Source: Rhizodiscina lignyota (lineage: Eukaryota). From it: a DNA stretch of 64,000 nt. A program made the position numbers and the translations under genes. Location: assembly GCA_010015805.1 (NCBI GenBank), contig ML978124.1, forward strand, positions 1,736,001 through 1,800,000, read 5' to 3'. The notes below the pieces were generated by a model. It did no database searches and was not told the DNA's origin. It saw nothing but the letters and a program-made list of their open reading frames with translations. Shown one piece after another: positions 58,402 to 64,000 of this stretch (position 1 is its first letter; every line of letters begins with the position of its first letter).

Positions 58402-59169
58402 ATGGCAATAGACCTACACCTTCACCAGAGGGGCTTGCCTCTCACGGAGGACGATGAGCTGCCAGCCTACGAGCTTCCGGACTATGAGGCTTCTGAGCTG
58501 CCTACTTACGAGCGGAGTTCGATATCCATTCCCACGATCAATATTCAATTCCGTCAAATCAATCGATCGTTGATATGTCTCCAGTCGGTGGACGAGGACC
58601 AACACCTGAGATATAAAATAATCACGAAGAGCCGGACGCGCATCTTCTCTGGGAAGCCTGACATGACACTCTACGTAGATTCAGCATCCCAGGATATGCT
58701 CGTTGGAGCATTCGAATTTGACAACAGTACCACTCTCCCTTGGTGCCCACGAGCCAATCTCTCAATAGACGTCGCGGGCGAAGGGAACAGAAAGGTTCAA
58801 ATGGAGAGTCGCAACTTTTCGGACTGGTCCTTCACCTGGAACGACGCCAGGTTCATCTGGACCCTGCAAGAGCGGCCGACGTCTCTTGTATTAGTGGATC
58901 GCTCCTCTCGTACTATTATAGCACGCTTCAGCTACAGCATCTACGGCACGACTGCGAACAAAGGAGCGGAGATTGGCGACCTGACCATCTACGCGCCGAG
59001 CGAGCATGGCCTGACCACGGAGATGGTCATCTGCAGCTGCACCATCGCGATCAAGCACTGGTCGAAAATGGGCAGGCACCATCGAAAGGATCTCTGCGTG
59101 TCTGGACGGTATAGCTATGGCTCTGGTGTGACGCTGGCTGTCGGTTACTCTGGTGTTGCCTATACCTAG
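58402..59169 (+). CDS. Hypothetical protein with three N-terminal LPxY motifs and a beta-rich domain
   Basis: Intronless 255-aa ORF with coding-like codon use. Contains ELPAYELPDYEASELPTYE, followed by predicted beta-strands and a terminal helix. Family not recognised with confidence. Confidence 0.7.
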   Translation: MAIDLHLHQRGLPLTEDDELPAYELPDYEASELPTYERSSISIPTINIQFRQINRSLICLQSVDEDQHLRYKIITKSRTRIFSGKPDMTLYVDSASQDMLVGAFEFDNSTTLPWCPRANLSIDVAGEGNRKVQMESRNFSDWSFTWNDARFIWTLQERPTSLVLVDRSSRTIIARFSYSIYGTTANKGAEIGDLTIYAPSEHGLTTEMVICSCTIAIKHWSKMGRHHRKDLCVSGRYSYGSGVTLAVGYSGVAYT

Positions 59170-60436
59170 ATGAGAGATGATGAGAACCCAGGTGCATATG
59201 TGCAACCTCAAAGAAAGATATCAGTGGGCAGGTGGAGCCGGAGAAAACAATTTCCTCCGAAGACGATACTTGGTTGGATGGGACGCCATCTTGGGCGTTA
59301 CCAGGAGACTAGTCTCACGTCGATTAAAGGCAGCAATCCTCGCCCTTAGGCTTTCGGTCGACCCGCGATTCCTTCTTCCCTGAAAAGCAGAACGAAGACT
59401 TCGGCGCTGCTCTCGAGTTCAAATCAATCTCGACTTCGAGTTACAACTTCCCTCTCAAAATCGCCGCAGCCACACCGCGCCTTTCAATCTCACAACTTCA
59501 ACCTCAACAACAATCTTGTAGCGCTGTCATGCAGCACTCTCCCAGCACTAAGGTTGGCGCAATAGACGCCGCCTCCAACAGCTCCAGCGGGGCTGTCGAT
59601 ATGAATGGCTCGGTCTCTGACGCTACTGTTTAGTAAGGTCATATACACCACACATGAAATGCCGAACGTGGGAGTTACCAAGTGTAGGCACATCCCGAGC
59701 CCATCACACGGATCGTAATTGACGTTATGTAGTCCCCCAATGTGCTTGAGGGAGGGTCGACTCGAAGCGCGGCTGAACTCGGACGACGCCATATCGTCTT
59801 CGAATTTAGACAAATACAACGCCACCGCTCTCGCCGAGATCTATAACGGTGAATAGAGTGACATAGTAACTGCATGGTGGTGGCGGAGGATTCAACTTTT
59901 CCTTCTCGCACCGCTTGCGTTCTATCTTCGCAGCTTTCCGGCTTCCTGGACATTCATGGTTTCTGGGCTTCTTAATGGCGTTGATGATGGTGCTGGCAGC
60001 GGCGCTGCTCTCTTCTGTCAAATTTAGCAATCTTCCCCTTCATATAGTGACTGCGGAGAGTTAGTCTCTTTGCGGTTGCGAGCCTTTGAAGAGTTACCTC
60101 GACCACAAATCTTGTGATTTTTCAATATAATCACTTCGCAACACCGTCTTTCCTATCAACATTCAGGTCATATGTCCTTCGTTGCCTCGGTGTAAAACGA
60201 AACAGATCGGCCGGTTGCGAAGTGATTCTGCTAGCTGCACGTGCGCAAACTACCTTTTGAAGAATTCCTTCCGTATTTGATGTTGAGATTCTTCAACACG
60301 CAGGCACAACACAAAACCCCCACCACCTGGGACTTCTCAACTCCTTCTCTTCAACGATTTGCGGCGCGTTTCCACTTTCTGCCGAGAGCTACTCCATAAC
60401 CTCACCACGCTTTGCGATATTCTGTGCCCGTTCGTC

Positions 60437-61222
60437 ATGGCGTCTCACGACACTGAGAAGAAAGAATGCCCACTAATCGCTAAGATGGTACCTACAAAGT
60501 CTGCTTCACCTATGAACCACACAATGTGCTACTAACGCAACAATAATAGTGCAATGTACGACGCGATCGTCACGGTCGAGGTTACGAACAGATCAGAGAC
60601 TAAGAGTTTCTTCCTCCACGAAGGCCTGCTCTGTCACAACTCCTCATACTTCAAGGCGGCCATTAATGGGGGCTTCGCTGAGAGCAGCAAGCGTGTGATT
60701 CCACTCAGCCGCACAAGTATCAACGTCATGGAAGCTTTCCAGATGTGGCTCTACAATGGGAAGCTGTTCGGTGGGGCAGAGGATATGGGTTACACGTTCT
60801 TGTTCCAAATATGGGTCTTTGGAGATATGCTTGGTGTTCCGGGCCTTCAAAACGCAGCGATAGATTCAGTACACAAGAAGATTTCGACAGGTTGGTCAAT
60901 CCCGTCCCACAGGATCGACTACGTCTATCAGAATACACCATCAGGTTCAGCGCTGCGCAAGTATGTGGTGGATATGGTCGCCTATACTTTTTCCGACCTT
61001 ACTACTTGGATCACACATTGTGAAACACTCAAGTGCGACATCCCTCAACAGTTCCTTTGGGATCTCCTTCGGATTAGAAGCAAGTCCAGTGAGTTCAAGA
61101 CGCTAGGCAAGGAGGAATACGCAAAAATCGACACTTGCAAGTACCACATCCACGCGCCACCGACCACCGGACAGCGCGAAGTAGATCTCGCGAGAGCTAA
61201 ACAATCCTCAACTGCCTCGTAA
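60437..61222 (+). CDS. BTB/POZ-domain protein (dispersed, more distant relative of the array)
   Basis: FFLHEGLLCHNSSYFKAAINGGFAES, FQMWLYNG, WVFGDMLG..LQNAAID, CKYHIH. Probable short first exon from ATG 60437 with acceptor at 60549; the donor is weak, so the start could be 60554. Confidence 0.8.
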
Positions 61223-63138
61223 CGTCAATTCGATTCGAAGAAGATCTTCTTTCCAGCAGTCTCCGAAGAGCATCTCCCCCAGTGCCCACCGTAGTCGAAC
61301 AACGGTACAACACCTGAAGAAAGGAGGGGAACTGCATGAAAATCGGAAGCGCGATGCCACTCACACTATTGCAATGCGTTGGACGGAAATTGAAAGGAAC
61401 TGATTCACAGATTGAGATTTTCACTGCTTTCGACACCATTGGCGTGGATCATACTGTTCGGCGTCTTCAAGGATGGGGAGCTGCAAACAGCTACACTGCA
61501 CCAGCGGACGAAATTTCCCATTCGGATACTTGCTAGCAGCTAATCAATAGACGGATAGATAACTTAAAGGTTTGAACTCGATTCTGGTACTCTTTAGAGT
61601 TGGTTGGAAGCTGCAGAAGCCTAGGCGCACTCTAATTATGATTAGAGCAAGCGACGAGTCCTTTCACTTTGCTCACCCATTTGACAGGCGTGTCCCAGTG
61701 GAAGTTGAGTGATCATCTTGTGAATATGATACTAAGGTCTGTGAATATCAATTTCGGAACAATGCAAATACTCGATGCATAACTCGAAATTAATACTCCT
61801 GTGGCTATGGATTACTTTTATTTAGCCAATATCCTGAATATACGATAATGCCCAGCACCAGTCCTTCAGATTACTTCGCACACGCGGACGCACCTCCCAC
61901 ACACACTTCTCCTGTAAATTCTGCATGAAAGAGTCAGCTGTTACAATTGCAATTCAGCTGGCCAATGAGAAGGTGCAGGGATGCTGCTTCACGTGTTGAC
62001 GCGACGGATGGCTGGCACGTCACCTGTCAACCTTGATGCTCTTACGCGCCGCTAGTTTCACTATCAGTTGCTATCAGTTGCTGCAGAAAGGGTGCTTGAA
62101 CGACCTGATGCATATCGCTCTCTTCAAATCTCCATTCTGAGCGGTTCTCTGACATCATAGTGGGGAAATCGTCCCAATCGTTCCCGTCCTGACACGCGGC
62201 TGGCAGATGTGGAGCGATCACCCAAAGCCTCAGAAGCCGACAAGGCATGCGACTTGCGTTGCACTATTGCATACCACGCATCTGTCAGAGCTAAAGGCCA
62301 TAGAAAACCGTTTTATTGTATCCAATGGACACCATAAGCTTTGACCGAAGCGAAACTCCCGAGCCGTCCTGCAGCCCCTCCATCCACACTCGGACACGAC
62401 GAAAATGCATGAATCTTCACCATGGAACCTCCATGACTTCGAATGGCAATCATATGCAGCTTGCCAAACCCTGGGGTGTCACTTCTTCCGATTTTGATCT
62501 CTGATCTTTAACATCCCAGGTTCAAATCTGCGATCTCTTTCTGGCATTCGATCTCACTCCAGACCGTGAGGCCCAAGCTCATAAGCGTGGTAGTTATCTG
62601 GTCCTCAATTGTACAACCACGGGAGATCAATGGCTCGCCTACACTCTCACAAGTATCCGAGTGCGAGCCAATCACTAGGAACAGGTGAGGCAAGTATGCA
62701 TCTCACTAGCGCTTCGTTCCTAAATCTGGATCATACATGGTCACCGGGCATGCCGCCGTCGCCTATCTCTCACAACCTTTTTTTTTCCGTCTATACTTTT
62801 ATTTTACAACTTGAGGTGTGCGATTTTCGACTTCTTCCACACCAATAAACCACCGAACCTTCTTGCTCGCTCTGAGCCTCACTCCCAGACCTGGCCTGCC
62901 CACGTTCACCACTTGAGGACTGCACCCCTCTTAACTACCTACGTGCCGTACCAGCCAAGTCTCCTTCTATTCGCCAGACTAAAGAGCTTTAATAGAGGAA
63001 AGTTTTACAAGGCTCTCCTCCTCCAAGCTCGAGAAGTTGGATTCCCACATATCAAACGACTCAACCCTTAAGGGTTCGCCGTCTCCCACACGTTCGGCCC
63101 CCGGTACGCAGTATCTAAATTCTCAACCACGGGCAGCG

Positions 63139-64000
63139 ATGTCAGGCGAGTCGTCTGTACCCGGAGCAACTGGTAAGATATCCGCTCCCCAACTTCAGCT
63201 TCAGAGACATGCTGACACGCTGGAAGCACACCGAGCATCCGTCTCCGAGCCGGAAGCGACGCCGCGGCCTCCACCTGACGCTTCAAGGTCTGGCAGAGAA
63301 TCCGCACAAGCAGGAGGTGTAATCGGCCCGCTCGGCTACAATGGCGAAGACACGGAAGAGAGGGAGCGCCATCTACGATTCGGTCCGCCGCCCGACGATT
63401 GGAGAAGTTATTGGGATCGAAAACGTCATGAACGCGATTGGTATCCCGAATATGACGGCCCACAGAGGTATCCTGGAGACTACTACGATCGCCCACGCTC
63501 ATCTGGTATATACAGAAGTGGTAGCATGAGGGAGCGAGGCCCGCATGTCGTATACAGACCTGGAAGGTATTCTGATGGGCCTGGAAGGTATTCTGATGGG
63601 CCTGGAAGATATTCTGATGGGCCTGGAAGGTATTCTTATGGACCTGGGGATAGGGAAAGCTTTGATCGCTATCGGGAACGCCGTAGCGTGCCCCCACCTA
63701 AGGTGCCAAAGGAGGATGCGGAAGAATTCTATGATAGCGAGGAGGATTATACATACAGCAGGAGAGGTGGAGATGGAGGTGTTAGAGGAGGCGGCCGCGG
63801 CCCACCTCCGACAGAAGGGTCTTCTGAAGAGCCCATGAGGTATGTCTTGAGACGGCTAATCACATGAAATGGTTGATTGAAGTTGACGTTTTGGACAGGT
63901 TGCCCTGGATCGGCTGGTTGAATGTTGTTGCTAAAGGCCGTAAGTCATTTCCCAACGAATACCAGCCGCACTGTACTTAATAGTCGCTTTAGACTTCATA
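63139..64000 (+). CDS. 5' part of a probable aquaporin (MIP family) with a long disordered N-terminus; runs off the window
   Basis: After intron 63840-63898 the frame reads RLPWIGWLNVVAKG, followed by a GTAAGT donor at 63940. This resembles the RLPW..WM....KNHFVA segment preceding TM1 of fungal aquaporins. No NPA motif lies inside the window. Confidence 0.6.
63559..63647 (+). repeat. 21-bp coding minisatellite, 4 copies (PGRYSDG)
   Basis: cctggaaggtattctgatggg x2, cctggaagatattctgatggg, cctggaaggtattcttatgga. Confidence 0.95.

Noticed and set aside
59450..60100. Possible degraded minus-strand gene with in-frame stops
   Set aside because: No recognisable homology by eye, so a call cannot be supported.
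63559..63647. CRISPR-like appearance of the 21-bp repeats
   Set aside because: Head-to-tail repeats without spacers, in frame within a eukaryotic CDS.

Overview
Intron-containing DNA from a filamentous ascomycete (Pezizomycotina; class not determinable here). It has short GT-AG introns with CTAAC/CTGAC branch points and one assembly gap at 4802-5386. Housekeeping-type genes: Mid2/SKG6-like membrane protein, steroid 5-alpha-reductase-like, Tcp11/Sok1, MPP10, Kin4-like kinase, RAX1, 2OG-Fe(II) oxygenase, APC permease and the 5' part of a probable aquaporin. Three accessory, immunity-like blocks interrupt them. (1) 2.5-12.8 kb: a HeLo-like/NACHT/ankyrin NLR followed by an array of five divergent BTB genes. 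(2) 17.6-28.2 kb: a stand-alone SesB-like alpha/beta hydrolase, a CYP52-like P450, a divergently transcribed NB-ARC/TPR NLR and a HET-domain gene. The NLR N-terminal domain is a paralog of the neighbouring hydrolase but lacks its catalytic serine. (3) 36.5-42.7 kb: a sensor-less NACHT-like protein with a destroyed Walker A, head-to-head with an intact AAA+ ATPase, plus a frameshifted esterase. The best candidate for an undescribed system is the hydrolase / P450 / pseudo-hydrolase-NLR module. Next come the pseudo-NACHT/AAA pair, the BTB array and a peptide uORF upstream of the permease. All family assignments come from motif recognition by eye; no searches were run.
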